Part shown: positions 11,301 through 22,886 of the stretch, one piece after another
Layout of the letters: each line of letters opens with the position of its first letter
How positions within the stretch are numbered: position 1 is the first letter of the stretch
DNA from: Diplonema japonicum
Lineage: Eukaryota; Protista; Euglenozoa: Diplonemea
Assembly: GCA_964019335.1 (NCBI GenBank)
Contig: OZ025713.1
Location: forward strand, 372,001-436,000
Length of the DNA: 64,000 nt
Reading direction: 5' to 3'
Notes under the pieces: generated by a model
What the model was told of the DNA's origin: nothing
Database searches by the model: none
What the model saw: the letters and a program-made list of their open reading frames with translations, nothing else
Made by a program: the position numbers and the translations under genes

Positions 11301-12035
11301 TCTGTACTTGTCGCACTTCCACCACTCCCATCCTTTGAAGAACTCCTCACGCCCGCAGAGCTCCGTGTCTGTGGCTCTCTCCGCGGCTCCTTCCAGCACG
11401 GCGGTCCACAGCGCCCCGTTCTGCTTCTTCTTCTCCCAGTCCTTGCGGTACGGCTCTGCCTTCCACCATTCCCCGTCTTGGTCCTTCTCGCAGTTGTCGT
11501 AGTCGGAGACCCTTGTGGCGTACGTGTCGAAGGCAGCTGCGATGGTAGCGGTGGCAGCGGCAGGCATGTAGTCGACAGGCTGCCATGGTGCGCCGTTGTC
11601 TTGAAGGTCTTTTCTAGTCTGTTCTAGTTTTTGCTGCTGGGCTTCGCGTTGCTTTTCCCTTTCAGGCTGCATGGCGTGGCGCAGGCGGGTGTGCTCCTCT
11701 TCCATCTGTGCGAACTCTTGGTGCTTGGCAGTGTTGCATGCCTCAAGCTGCTTGAAGTCGGCGATAGGGTCCGCGGGTGCTGCCTTCGTGGAGTCTTGCT
11801 TGGCAGGGGCTGCCCTCTTCTTGTTCCCCCTTGCTTTCATCTTCAGCCACGCCAAGATGGTCTCGGGCTCCTCCCCTTCCTCCAGCATATCAAACACCCT
11901 CGCAAGCTGCTTCACAGTGACGTGTTTCAGCAGCAACACTGTGCCTTCCTCGATGACACCACCGCTGCATTCCACTTCCATCAGGATCTTTTGGATGGGT
12001 CCGCCCAGGTTCTCGAATTGGTTAAGGCCGTGCAT
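8364..12035 (-). CDS. Hypothetical 1223-aa Trp-rich tandem-repeat protein (RxxWY..NWWK.P.Y..DW...G..W.A repeats), possible degenerate EF-hand, acidic tail
   Basis: Long ORF with coding-like composition, more than a dozen WWK/WWM units, N-terminal coiled coil, upstream polypyrimidine tract. Confidence 0.85.
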   Translation of the reverse strand: MHGLNQFENLGGPIQKILMEVECSGGVIEEGTVLLLKHVTVKQLARVFDMLEEGEEPETILAWLKMKARGNKKRAAPAKQDSTKAAPADPIADFKQLEACNTAKHQEFAQMEEEHTRLRHAMQPEREKQREAQQQKLEQTRKDLQDNGAPWQPVDYMPAAATATIAAAFDTYATRVSDYDNCEKDQDGEWWKAEPYRKDWEKKKQNGALWTAVLEGAAERATDTELCGREEFFKGWEWWKCDKYRNDWVATRDAEWWKEEPYIKDWQQDGNLGTRWLAADETSGLEGKGQTYIASREEQTRRAAWYEANGPCGLVKRWNSDTQGDMEKCCVADKLAREEFYRNGDWWKQQAARQDFKENGADASALTQAAEPQDTEWWMQEPCREDYFASGRKWAAVTEEGADVEGGSEAPKLELARRQKWYGKNWWKQDKYKEDWKKQGKAWQESTQKAADSGKCKTPVADAEKAHREEWYKNADSEWWMQPPCVEDYFENREAGRHWTAKTLADSTAGRGLEKPAASQEKQKREAWYKANWWKQRKYTDDFYKNGSEGAAWTAKSNDAHQDKEWWKQAPFREDWARAHAPTEEWWKQPQYIEDFQLNAEDGMKWTAAGETAGIEGTGDAPTEESEKMLRRQWYRDNWWKAPSCAWDWAKNGKKGSAWCAEREGCQVPCSAEEMAAREAWFRPAGDMWRAAGETEGFAKQACNTPCSRADAVKRDQWYRENWWKAPEYVADWTAGGEQWCAGNMKAKDGEDPCGQAEREKRDTWYRQASDNEWWKEPQYLEDWKWDGQEGTAWTADCRQNANRRGGQEHPCGEAEAAAREQWYMANQEAPRPAKPSKAELTRRDNWYRTQLSDDSKAQRMEWLRERRENEKHILLQEVPKALEAINAGKPPTAQQVQDIVDRIEWCRHRENNDLRTPLAEGTEGEEPAIATDELLDAVVHTTFYVPPNRDEKEILAIEERIELEKWDMMRLEEEGSYRAMEAEEELKQQPLQWQLLGLGSDQHWQKPTAIAAYQEDAKQSITTMQEIEGLSDDEVSVREQWLRDNWWKAPKYSTQWRRDGEGGEGWGKAAQHDDDADYDDLPDAAGGDIEQRERWYRAAELDAGLWFKSPPLCLQPIEAPQEEPTPSETPSEPLLTDHGETSDDDDATEASSEGCSREDGSFDDPPTCGGHFYGNGWDVYGWNNEEWDSDEYEHDSCCDMVHNTGAAYDPLVEWEETPEVEE

Positions 12036-12799
12036 TTTGTCTTTTACTCACTAACGAGTTACCTGAATGTGCGGGGTGGAGAAAGGAGAAGAAACAGAAT
12101 AAAAGGGAGGGGGGGAAATAATAATAAAAAAAAAAAAAAAAAAAAAGATACAGCTAGCGATGAAAGAAGAAAAAAAAAAAAAAAAACAAAAAAACTGGAA
12201 GCAAAAAAAAAAAAAAGAAAATATATTTTTACTCAAAGTACATGGTGTTGCTCAATGATCAAAGCAAGATTTTCAAACATGTAAAATTAAAAACTTTGTC
12301 AACAATAAGATAAGGAGAAAAAAAAGGGGGGGGGGAAAGGAGGACTCTTTTCTTCCCCAGCTTCGTGGGACAACATTCTTTTTTTTTTTTAATGCAACTT
12401 CCTCTCTTTTTTTTTTCTTTTTCTCCTTTTTTTTCTTTTTTTATTCGCGTTAGGGAACAACAACGGGGGGGGGGGGGGGGGGGGGGACGGTGGGGAAAGA
12501 ACTAAGAAGTGAGACGCTCAAAGCGAGAGAGGGTTTATTTGGAAGGAGGTTGTGGCTTGGAGGTGGAATAGTACAGTCCAACTAAGCGATTCCCTCTATA
12601 GCAATAGGGGAGGGAAGGAGGACATATTAGTAATTCGCGTCAAAACAACTGCATAAAGGCTGGGGGGGGGGGGGGGGGGGGGGGCACTCTTTACATGACA
12701 TAACTCTTGCACTCGGTACGCAGAATGAGGCCAGAGGGGGATTTTTTTTTTTCTTTCGATTGTTGTAAAGTGAAAAATGCCTACAAAAAGAACTAGGCG

Positions 12800-12895
12800 A
12801 ACTAAACTAGTCGATGGCAGCGTAATGGGTTATTTTTTTATTAAGGGTAAAAATAACACTCGCGCGCATAAACGAATGAATCGCCAAACTAGTTT
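12800..12895 (+). repeat. Short interspersed ~100-bp repeat (ACTAG-bounded), copy 2
   Basis: aaactagtcgatggcagcgtaatg...cgccaaactagt, similar to 35348-35435. Confidence 0.65.
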
Positions 12896-13129
12896 TCTTT
12901 TTTTTTTTTTTTTTTTTTTTTTTTGTTGTGCACAATGGCTCATAAAAAACTCGGTAATTTTGTCACTTTTTTTTTTTCCAATTTACAAATAACTTTATGC
13001 GTTCGACAGTTGGGGGAGGCATTCCACACAAAAAAAAAACTTTTTAAAAAACCATGTTTCTCAGGAGAGTAAGCGGTTACCCCCTACCGACCTTTTCAAA
13101 AAAGAAGAAAGAAAGAAAAAAAAGAAGAA

Positions 13130-13620
13130 GAAGAAGGGCTATGTACAAAATCAGCCCCAAACCTTTGGTAACTTTGGCAACCTTTCTTTGGTACAAAATT
13201 GACCACCAGCTTTTTTTTTTTTTTTTTTTTTTTTACCACTAAATTTTTTTTAAAAAAAAAAAGAGGGAATTTTGCTCCCTTTTGTACTTTACTGAAGGTA
13301 AAGGTGCAAGGCAGTACATTCTTTACAAAGTAGGGGTCAATTTTGTACTTTTTTGAAAGTTGGGGGGGGGGGGGGGGGGGGGGGGGGCAAGGTCGTACCT
13401 TTTCGAACCTGAGGGTGCAAGGCTGTACTTTTCAACGAGTTGGGGTCATTTTTGCACTTTTTTTTTCGAAGGTTAGGCATTGTACCTTTTTCCGAAAAAC
13501 CTAGGGGTGCAATGGCTGCACCGCTCTTAAAAAGCTGGGGGGGGGGGGGGGGGGTAACTTTTGTACTTAAGTACAAAAAGTAACCCCACTACCTACTTTT
13601 CGCAGCGGTACAACGTCGCA
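13130..13620. repeat. Degenerate GTAC-containing repeat region ending in a palindrome centred on TTAA
   Basis: Recurrent ggtgcaaggc.gtac.tt units; ggggtaacttttgtacttaagtacaaaaagtaacccc at 13551-13587. Confidence 0.5.
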
Positions 13621-13956
13621 CCAGCCATTTTAGCTTTGACAAAAACTTCAGAAGACAAGAGGTTCAAAAAAAAAAAAGGAGAGAAAAAAAAAGTGTTTTT
13701 TTTTTGTTCGTTTTTTTTTTTTTTTTTTTCCCCAGTCCCCTCATTCGTTTTCCCTTTCGCTCTCTCTTTTTTTTTCTTCTTTTTTTTTTCTTCTCTTCAC
13801 TCGCTTTTTGTGTAAGCGCTCTTCACAAAAAGGAGAATAAAGAAAAGAAAAAAAAGGGGGGGGAAAGAAAAAGAGACATTTAAAGAAGAAAACTAAACGG
13901 GGAGCAGAAAAGGAGAAAAAAAAGGGGGGGAGAGAACCTAACATGTACGCACTAGC

Positions 13957-13997
<41 letters not shown>

Positions 13998-14449
13998 TCC
14001 CCCCCCTTTTTTTTTTATATTCCCGCGCTCAAAATACGAGCACGAAAATTTTAGCAGGTTAAAAAAAAAGGGGGGGGTAAATAAAGATGCAAGCAAGGAC
14101 AAAACATATGGCAGAAGGAGGGGATAAAATTACTGCGGTATGAAAAATAAAAAAATAAAAACCCCACCCCCAAGCCATAATAAACTAAAGGGGTAAAAGA
14201 ACATATAAAAAAAAAAGAGAATTACATTTTTTTTTTTGCCTTAATCTGATGAGCACCTTTTCCTTTCACTATCCAACTAGCCCTGGGAGGGAGAACCACC
14301 AATTTTCGGAGGGGGAAAGCTTTTGTTCACTTTGACCATTTTCCCAGACCTACTCTACCCACGTAGAAGCAATAAAGAAAATTGGACCCCTCCCCTGTAG
14401 CTATGCCGGGGGGGGCATCAGTGCATCAGGTTAAACTAGTTGCGGCTAC

Positions 14450-14487
<38 letters not shown>

Positions 14488-15540
14488 TTTAATTCTGAGC
14501 AGCTCTCTCAAAGAATTTAGGCCGGAAAGATATAAATCAGGTTTCGGGCGTGAAATAAAGTATCTGATTTTTTTTTTTTTTTTTTCCCTCATGTTTTTAA
14601 GCCAAGGTACTTTATTTCACGCCCACAGTCATTTCTAGCAAAATGGGAAGAAAACCGCAAGCAACGGCAAGCAAAATAGCCTAGAAGAAGGACAAACCCA
14701 ATAGAAAAGCAGCATCAGCTATTATAAACATCAGTACAATCAAGGACTCGCTAGTTCCTCCATCTGGACAAGCTACAGTAGGCCCAATGGAGAGATGAAG
14801 TCGCAATATACACGTCTGCAAGAGTGGCCACAGCTGTTCACGCTGGAACAAATGAAAGCCTACTTCGAAGACGCAACTTTGTACACCGACAGAAGGAGGA
14901 TGCTGGATGCAAAGTGACGATCCAGCACAAAAAGAAAAAGGGGCATAAATTCTTTTCGAGAGCAGCTCATCATTAAATAAAATGCAGTATTGAATAAAAT
15001 CAGAGCATGATTTCACTTTGTGGGGTCCCCCCCCTTTTTTTTTTTGACTCGTTTTTTTTTTTTTTTTTTTTTTTTTTTACTCACTCGTCAAAAAAGGGGA
15101 CCCTTTGTAAGTTTTCTTGGAGCCCTGTGGCCCGGTTCCTGTAGAGCCAAAAAAAATAAAATAAGAATTCAGACTTTTAAACTAAAAGGTATTATAAGTA
15201 AGGGCTGCTTTTACAAAGACCAGCCACAGTCACGTGGGGGCAAGTTTTATAGTTCATCATCACGTCAAGCATGATCGGTACCTTTACCCCTTGTGCCTCG
15301 CGGAGGGAAGGTATTTCGTCTGCCAAAATAAAATATAAGAACCCCTTTTTCTTTTTCTTTTTTTCTTTTCTTTTTTTCTTCTTCTTTTTTTTTTTTTTTT
15401 TTCTTCTTCTTCTAGGAGAACGAATAAAATTAGAAATCCGAAGAGGGCTATTTTTTATTCTTTTCTTCCGAAAAGAAAAAGAAAAAAAAAAGAAGAAAAA
15501 AAATACTGTAAAACGAAAAACTCCCACAGAAGGAATGTCT

Positions 15541-15581
<41 letters not shown>

Positions 15582-15845
15582 CTTTTTTATTTGGTGGGCC
15601 TGCGGCTTTCGTAGCCTTTCTTGCTGCAAAGTTTGTTCCTCGCTATGGTATGGGAGGAAGAAAAAAAGCAGGAGCCGGAAAAAAATGTCCGGTTTTGTTT
15701 TGGTGTCCGGGAGTTTTTTCTATTCGTTTTACAGTGTATAAGAGTTAAAGGAGGTGTTGCAGTGCCTTTGAAAAAAAAGAGGGGGGGGGGGAAGAAAAGG
15801 AAACACAACTTAAAAGAAATATAATATTATTAATAATTATTTTAA

Positions 15846-17629
15846 CCATTAAGCCCACAGGCAAAAAACCGAAAAAAGCCCATTTTTGAGGCGATTCCAA
15901 AGAATTCAAAAAAATGGCAGCATTTAACCATACAAAGTGTTCTTTTTATGGAGAAATGACCTCTGGAGACATTCAGGTGAACTTATGATTTTTGACCCAA
16001 CACCCTTTTTGGTAAGGGGGGGAAGAGGAGTAGAAAAAAGTGAATAATAAAATGCACTAAAAACCCCTTGTAACACTATTCTAGCCCAGATTTAGCTTGC
16101 GTTTCACACCCCTCTGGCCAGTGGAGGGGGTCCGGGGGTCCATCAGTGAGTTTCTGGTACTTGTCGGTGTTTCGGGCTCCTGAAGATCATCCTCGGTGAT
16201 GTCTCCGTTCAGGTGGTAAAGCCAAAAGCAAGATGTGGAATAGAGGCACTTGCCACAGGTGGAACATTCATAGCCAGAGGACCCTCTGGGACCCATGCAA
16301 TGATGGACTATGCACCTATTATGCTAATTTTTGCAGGAAAATGCTCTTTGATGCGGTCAAACCTTACACCCTTCGAGTCTTGTGGTCTCGATGGTGCAGG
16401 TTCTTTGCCCATGCATTTACAGAGGCCGTGTGCGATGCATTCTTCCAGTTCATTGAACTTGATGGGGGAATTGATGCTCTTCGCAAGTACCCAGCAGCTG
16501 AAGAGGCTTTTGTCAAGCAGGAACCTTAATATTTTCATCTGCCACCGGCGGCTTTGGACTACTTTGTGTTGCGTTGGGTGGCAGCGTCGTTCCCATCTCC
16601 ACCCCCCATAAGGGAGGTGTAGGTTTCAACGACCTTTGGAATGGGAAAGGCGACCCTGGACTTTTTCTTTGCCTTGCCGGCCCATCTTTGACGAGTGGCG
16701 GTCATCTTTGGCTTGAAAGGGGAGAAGCACAAGCTTTCCGCCCTGCCACAAAAAAAAAAAGTGCATGCCGGGCCTGTTTCGTTGGAACACCCGGAACTCT
16801 CCCCTTTTCATCACCTGCCCCCGTTCCTTGATAGTCCGAGAGGCCTTTCCCCAACGCTGCATCGCAGCTTCAACCAGCCAGCGGGCCTTGTAGAGTTTGT
16901 CATGCCGGGCTGATCTCATCTCGATCAGGGTCCCGGGATGGGTCCTTGCACAGATATATGTTTCCAAAGAACAGCTCAAACCGGTTTCCGGACATGACGC
17001 GTGCAAACCCCTGAGTATGCATAATGGAGTCAGGACCGGTTTTCCAGTAGTCATGGAAGTTGGGACGGGTGGTGAGGTCCATTAACACCCATAGGCCCAG
17101 AAACGCTCGGATTTCGGCTTCCGTGGATTTCTAGCGTGGATTTCGGCTTCCGTGACTCTTTTGCGGCGCTCCAGGTGGTTGTTTGTGAATGCTGTCAGGC
17201 ATCGGAGGGTGTATGGTGTAAAAAACGAATAAAAAAGCTGGAGAGGGCTCTTCCCTGTTGGGTCGTCTGCTGGTTCGATTACACTGCCTCTTTCCACCCC
17301 ATTTCCTCCAATTCTTCCACACTTTCCTCCCCCCAAGTACTACTAGACTCAGAACTACCATTTTCTGACATTTCTTAGCATTCTTCATCACTCACGACCA
17401 GCCCTCTGCTCCAGTCGAGTATTCTTCATTCTCAAATCATTTTTTCCCGGATTTTCGACCTCTCAAATTCTTAAAATAATGAAAAAGGGCAGCATTTAGC
17501 CAAACAAAGTGGAAAAAATCGCGCAATGGCGTCAGAAAAGTGAAAGAAAGGTCATAATTTGACCAAAAGGCCTATAGATTTTTTTCTTTTTTTTTTATGT
17601 CATATATATATGACATGTGGGTTTAATGG
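15846..17629 (-). mobile_element. piggyBac-like DNA transposon, internally deleted/frameshifted
   Basis: TTAA TSD at both ends; 14-bp TIR ccattaagcccaca / tgtgggtttaatgg. Transposase remnants: SPLQLFYSFFT, FHDYW..MSGNRFE, YGGVE..D..RW, C-terminal C..C..CSTCGKCL..CFWLYH. Confidence 0.88.
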
Positions 17630-17722
17630 TTAAAAAAATAAATAAATAAAAGAGGAGGAATGTTACGGGAAGGACTTTGACCATGATTAGATTGGCCATG
17701 GTTTCTTTTTCTTTTTGTTTTT

Positions 17723-17777
<55 letters not shown>

Positions 17778-18237
17778 CGTTCTCCTTTTTCTTTGTTTTC
17801 TTTCGATCTTATCGGTTTTTTTTTTTTTTTTTTTTTTTTTTCTTTTTCCTACCGTAAAATGATCCAAAACAAGTAGAGCCGATAACGGCTACCTTAGAAT
17901 AGAGGGAGAGTTGGCGTGAGTCTGCTCGTGTCGTATATATAAAAAGACCTTTCTTTCAAAAAAAAAAAAAAAAATCGGTGGCTGTGGTAGGGGGCGGTTT
18001 GGCTCTAGGAGAAGAGTGGTTTGTCATAGGGCGTGTACCCTCGTCATTGCGTTGGTCTCTGCTATTCAGGTGTATCGCATCCTTCCAGTCCTGTGAGCCG
18101 GGTGGTCAGCTCACAGAGGCCATTCAGTCACGCTCCGTTCGATTTTCTGGTGGAAAAAAAAAAAAGAAAAGAAAAAAAAACAATTACACGTTGTCATAGA
18201 ACCCCGTCAAGCAGGGAAACAAAAACAAAATTTAAAA

Positions 18238-18287
<50 letters not shown>

Positions 18288-18445
18288 AGTTTTCTCAGAA
18301 GATTTCTTTTTCAAAAGATCTCCTGTGGATCCCTTTAGCTTGACAGGTACCCGCGGTGCTTTATGTATGTCAACTTACTTGTAAAGAGCAAGGAAAAGAG
18401 AAGAAAGGAAGTTTCGGCCACAGAGCGAAGGAGGGAGAGAGAAAG

Positions 18446-18476
<31 letters not shown>

Positions 18477-18850
18477 AAATAATAGTTGTTGGTGTTGATT
18501 TGATTTCTTTCTTTTTTTTTTTTTCTTTCTATTCGTGGCCGCTTCGCTGTTCCCCTGAGAGTTGGAGCCCTCTCCCTCAGCAGGGGAAAAGAAAACAACA
18601 ACAGTATTTTCAAAAGCTTTTTCTTTTTTTTTTTTATCCATTTCATATCTCTCAAAAATGCCGATTTCCCTTAATGTTACTTCATTTCGCCGACGCCCCC
18701 CAAAAAGAATAGTAGTTTTCTGGATGGTCAGCTCGGTTCGAATTGGTAATTTTACTTCTTTTTCAACTTGGTCTGGTAGTGCCAGGTGTAGCGGGGGAGG
18801 TGGAGGTATGAACCAACACATCTTACGTCACTCAAATTTACTTTCAAAAC

Positions 18851-18894
<44 letters not shown>

Positions 18895-19778
18895 AAAGGC
18901 ACTAGAGATATGTGGATGTAAAGTAAGAAGAAAAAAAAGAAAGAAAAAAAGGGTTTTTTTTTTTTTTTTTTCTTAAAATATCCCCGCTATGAAAACACTG
19001 GGCGAAGGGAGGCCCTCATTTCTTTTCATTCATTTTTTTTTTTCTTTTCTTTTCATTGTGCAATATAAAAGGTATTCCCCCACTACCAGCGGCCGGAGCC
19101 CTCTGAGAAACTCCTACAGTTCCTTTGTGTGTGGGGGGGAGGAGGTGGCGCTTAGGTACTTGCACTTCAAAATGCGTACTTTGCTCGCCCATGACGGGCC
19201 TCGCAAGAAGAAAAAGGGAGGTAGAAAAAAAAATAGGATGATAGGGCTTATAGGTAAACAAAGGCTTTTTTTTTTTTTTTTTTTTTTTTGTTGCCATATG
19301 TTCGTTAGGGTGCTCCTAGCTCATCATTTTCTCATTTTTTTTGGGGGGGGGTCAGAGAAAGAAAAACTTGCTTTTTTTTTTTTTCATCACTTTATTTTTT
19401 TTTTTTTTTTTTTTTTTTTTTCCAAAACTTGTGATGATTCCTTTCCCATCAGCCTGCCACTATAAGGAAGCGCTGATCTTACTGTAAAACCCGAGAGCTC
19501 ACCAAACTTGTATAAGCCCTCGGACCCCACTGCCCCTTGCAAGGCTCCTTTGTTACCTGATGGCTACTAAAGCACAAGAGGGAGGATGTACACTTGCCTT
19601 TCTTTTCTTTTCAAAGAGATCACGAGCGAAGAAAGAAGAAAAAGAGAGAGAGAAAAAAAGAGGGGGAAACCCACGTAATCTCATCTACGAAAAAAAAAGA
19701 AATAAAGAAAGAAACAAAAACAAAAAAAAAAAAAAAAAAAAAAAAGCATCTTTTTTCTTCTTTCTTTCCCCAAGAACC

Positions 19779-22700
19779 TCACACCCGCTCCCTGTTCAAC
19801 CAGCTGTCCCTCCTGTCTACACTATCCTCGATCATCACTCTAGTGTAAGAGCTGAGGCTCTCCGTCCTTGAGATCGCCTCGAGACCACTTCGGTTAGTAG
19901 ATGAGCTGAGCAGGATGCTTGTCGGTTCCTCGTAGGGCTCCGGCATCAAGTCCTCCACCCTCATCAAACAAGGCCTCATCTGAGCGTCCATGTTTTCTTG
20001 CAACCGTGTGCGCCTGCCATCGCACAAGATGTAGACCTCAGATATGAGGTCAAGGACGACCTTCCCCAGTAGGATGAAGACGGCGCCCAGCATCAGATTC
20101 GACGCGATAGTGAAGGTAGGGTGCTTGAGGTCCCCCGCGTAGTAACCGCAGCCCGCCAAGCCTAGCGAGGCTGCTTGCAAACCGAGCATTACAAAATCAA
20201 CAGCAGAGTCCCGCTGCCTGGCGTGCGGCCAGATTAAAGCTTCGCACACCAACATGATTGCGAACACTGCAGAGGTGAAGAGCTTCTTGTGCCCGCACCC
20301 CACATAGTCCTCTGTCTCCGCGGCTTGCATCGCAGAGATGGCAAGCGAGCCTGCAAACTCCACAACAGCATACCATGCGACCTCCTCCCTGTACACCCGC
20401 ACCATCGATGTCCACCGCTGCACCCAGAAGCACGACTTCTTTGTGTTGACCCACTCACCCTCTCCAATAAGCATTCTCTTTGCACCCGTGCAGCCCTTCT
20501 CCAACATGTACACAGCATGATACGGGACACCTCTGCGGACAGCCATGAAGACCCCCACAGGGACCATCATGCACATGGCCATGCTGCAGATGCCTACCAC
20601 CAGCCCTGCTACACCCGGCGGGTGGATTATAAGGTTGATGGAGCCCAGGGTCGTGCCTTGGTAGAACAGCAAGAAGACGAACAACGGTGCGGAAGGGAAG
20701 CGCATCCACCCCTGTGTGTCCAGACCCTCGAACAGCTTCGGGAATATCACCGCCCCACCGAGACTGGCAATTTGGACCAGCAGGTAGCAGAGGGCTGTGA
20801 ATCCTAATGTTATGGCGAAGTTCCCCACGACGATGCCCAGGGACTCGCTGCCCCACACCTCCATCTGCGTAGGGTGCAGCGCGCGAGGAAGCTTTTGCTT
20901 CCCATCAATATGGCAGCCCATACTCACCACCACCAGTCGAGTCGCTGCCCCCGCCCCGGCTCCTGCTGCCAACGCAGAGCCTGCTGCCGCCATCGAACCA
21001 ACTGTGTTTATCTCTCCTTCTCTAGTAGGGGCATCCGGTGCTGCGGTGGCAGGAACGGGTGTCAGAGGCGGCATGGTTGCAGGGGCACTGGTAGCAGGAG
21101 CAATAGTGGGTGTTGCTGTTGCAGGGGCAATGGTTGGGTTTGCTGTAGCAGGGGCAATGGTAGGGTTTGCTGTTGCAGGGGCAGTCGTAGGGACTGCCGT
21201 CGGGATCAACGTGGTAGGCGCAAGAGTGGGCTGGGCAGTGTCGGGTGGCAATGTTGCGGGTGCTGGCGTGTCCGGGGCTTGGGTCGAAGGAGCCTGTGTA
21301 GCAGGGAACGAAGTTGCAGGGGGGTTGGTGTCAGGGGCTGAAGTAGGTGGCGCAAACGTGGGGGGTGCATTGGTGTCAGGAGCGGCTGTGTCTGGTGCAG
21401 GTGTATCGGGTGGGCTGGTAGGCGGTGCCAGTGTGTCTGGTGCAGGTGTATTGGGTGGGTTGGTAGGCGGCGCCAGAGTGTCCGGTGCTGGTGTGTCAGG
21501 TGCCCGAGTATCTGGTGCAACAGTATCGGGTGCAACAGTTTCAGGTGCATCAGTGTGAGGTGCAGCCGTTTTAGGAACAGGTGTCCTTGGGGCAGGTGTG
21601 TCTGGCGCTGACGTAGGAGGCACACGTGTTTCCGGAGCTGGAGTGTCCGGTGCATCTGTTGGGGGTACAAGGGTGTCAGGAACAGTGGTGTCAGGAAACG
21701 GCGTGTCTGGAGCAGATGTGTCCGGTGGGATCGTAGGCGGTGCCACGGTATCAGGAAACGGCGTATCCGGCACAGGCGTGTCTGGAGCAGGTGTTTCAGG
21801 AGCAGAGGTGTCCGGGAAAGGTGTATCTGGCGCCATTGTGGGCACGGCTGTGTCCGGAGCAGGAGTGTCGGGTGCGGGAGTGTCCGGCGCCGGGGTGTCA
21901 GCGACAGGGACGTCTGTGATGTCAACGACGACAAGCCCGTAGCTGTCCTGGCACATGAAGACGTAGTCGCCGACGAGACGGAGCGGTTGCTTCGCTGTGC
22001 CACCCACAGACAACCTGTCGATGGGGCTGAAGGAGGGGTTGTTGAAGACGTCAGTCAGAAGCGTGTCCTTCGACGACGTGAAGAGCACTGTGCCGATGCG
22101 GGCGATGCCCACAATGCCTGCCGTCAGCCCAGTGATGAACTGCGAGCGAAGCGGCCATGTGGCCAGCGAGGGGTCGGAGGCATCCACCTCGTCGACGAAG
22201 TACTCGGAGGCGATGAAGACGTCCTTCCCGTCAACAGTGTCGACTGCTGTACCGATGCCAGGGAGGCCGAAGTCGCCTAAGAGGGTGAGCTCAAAGGTGG
22301 TGGGGTTGATAGCGAAGATCACGTGCGCGTGTGAGTGGTTGAAGGTCCCTACCGCGTGCAGGTGCATGGTGCCCTGGTGCACTTGGATGTCGTTGCAAAC
22401 ATCCATTTTGATATAATCAGTGAGCACAGGCACATTTCCTGACGTATCGAAGACTCTGATGCCTGTGTTGATGCATACATAGACTACAGAGCTGGAGGGG
22501 ACTTTCGCTAGCGACACACCATTGGGGTACATCGGATCATCGACACTACTTCCCAAAAGGGCGGGGGCTGATGGAGTGGTGACATCTAGCTTCACTAGAG
22601 TGCCCCTGCTCCCTGTGATGTAACATGTGTCACCCTCCACCAGCACCGCTCTCGTGTCTTCTCCTGTGTACTTCCCAACCTCTGTTAAAGCTCTAGTGGG

Positions 22701-22886
22701 GTTCGCTATGTTCGGTAGACCACTGAAGTCCACTACAACCATCCCTCCCCCTTGGTCCCCTACGAACGCCAGGTTCCCTTTGATGCTCAGTCCTTGTGCA
22801 CCGTTGGCGTTCTCGTAACGGCCTGCCACCTTCTGCCCCATGCTGCTTGTCGCCAGCAGCAGGGAAGCTAAGATTATGTGTTTCAT
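19779..22886 (-). CDS. Surface protein: signal peptide, LVIVD-repeat beta-propeller, PDT/PAT mucin stalk, multi-pass TM C-terminus
   Basis: GNLAFVGDQGGGMVVVD and GDYVFMCQDSYGLVVVD LVIVD-like repeats; long PDTPA repeat; about 7 hydrophobic helices after LPRALHPT. Confidence 0.88.
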   Translation of the reverse strand: MKHIILASLLLATSSMGQKVAGRYENANGAQGLSIKGNLAFVGDQGGGMVVVDFSGLPNIANPTRALTEVGKYTGEDTRAVLVEGDTCYITGSRGTLVKLDVTTPSAPALLGSSVDDPMYPNGVSLAKVPSSSVVYVCINTGIRVFDTSGNVPVLTDYIKMDVCNDIQVHQGTMHLHAVGTFNHSHAHVIFAINPTTFELTLLGDFGLPGIGTAVDTVDGKDVFIASEYFVDEVDASDPSLATWPLRSQFITGLTAGIVGIARIGTVLFTSSKDTLLTDVFNNPSFSPIDRLSVGGTAKQPLRLVGDYVFMCQDSYGLVVVDITDVPVADTPAPDTPAPDTPAPDTAVPTMAPDTPFPDTSAPETPAPDTPVPDTPFPDTVAPPTIPPDTSAPDTPFPDTTVPDTLVPPTDAPDTPAPETRVPPTSAPDTPAPRTPVPKTAAPHTDAPETVAPDTVAPDTRAPDTPAPDTLAPPTNPPNTPAPDTLAPPTSPPDTPAPDTAAPDTNAPPTFAPPTSAPDTNPPATSFPATQAPSTQAPDTPAPATLPPDTAQPTLAPTTLIPTAVPTTAPATANPTIAPATANPTIAPATATPTIAPATSAPATMPPLTPVPATAAPDAPTREGEINTVGSMAAAGSALAAGAGAGAATRLVVVSMGCHIDGKQKLPRALHPTQMEVWGSESLGIVVGNFAITLGFTALCYLLVQIASLGGAVIFPKLFEGLDTQGWMRFPSAPLFVFLLFYQGTTLGSINLIIHPPGVAGLVVGICSMAMCMMVPVGVFMAVRRGVPYHAVYMLEKGCTGAKRMLIGEGEWVNTKKSCFWVQRWTSMVRVYREEVAWYAVVEFAGSLAISAMQAAETEDYVGCGHKKLFTSAVFAIMLVCEALIWPHARQRDSAVDFVMLGLQAASLGLAGCGYYAGDLKHPTFTIASNLMLGAVFILLGKVVLDLISEVYILCDGRRTRLQENMDAQMRPCLMRVEDLMPEPYEEPTSILLSSSTNRSGLEAISRTESLSSYTRVMIEDSVDRRDSWLNRERV

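Noticed and set aside
14681-15016. Coding-like island
   Set aside because: No recognisable motif and stops in the plausible frames; possibly a TE relic.
12036-19700. Many poly-Lys/poly-Phe ORFs
   Set aside because: Artefacts of A/T homopolymer tracts.
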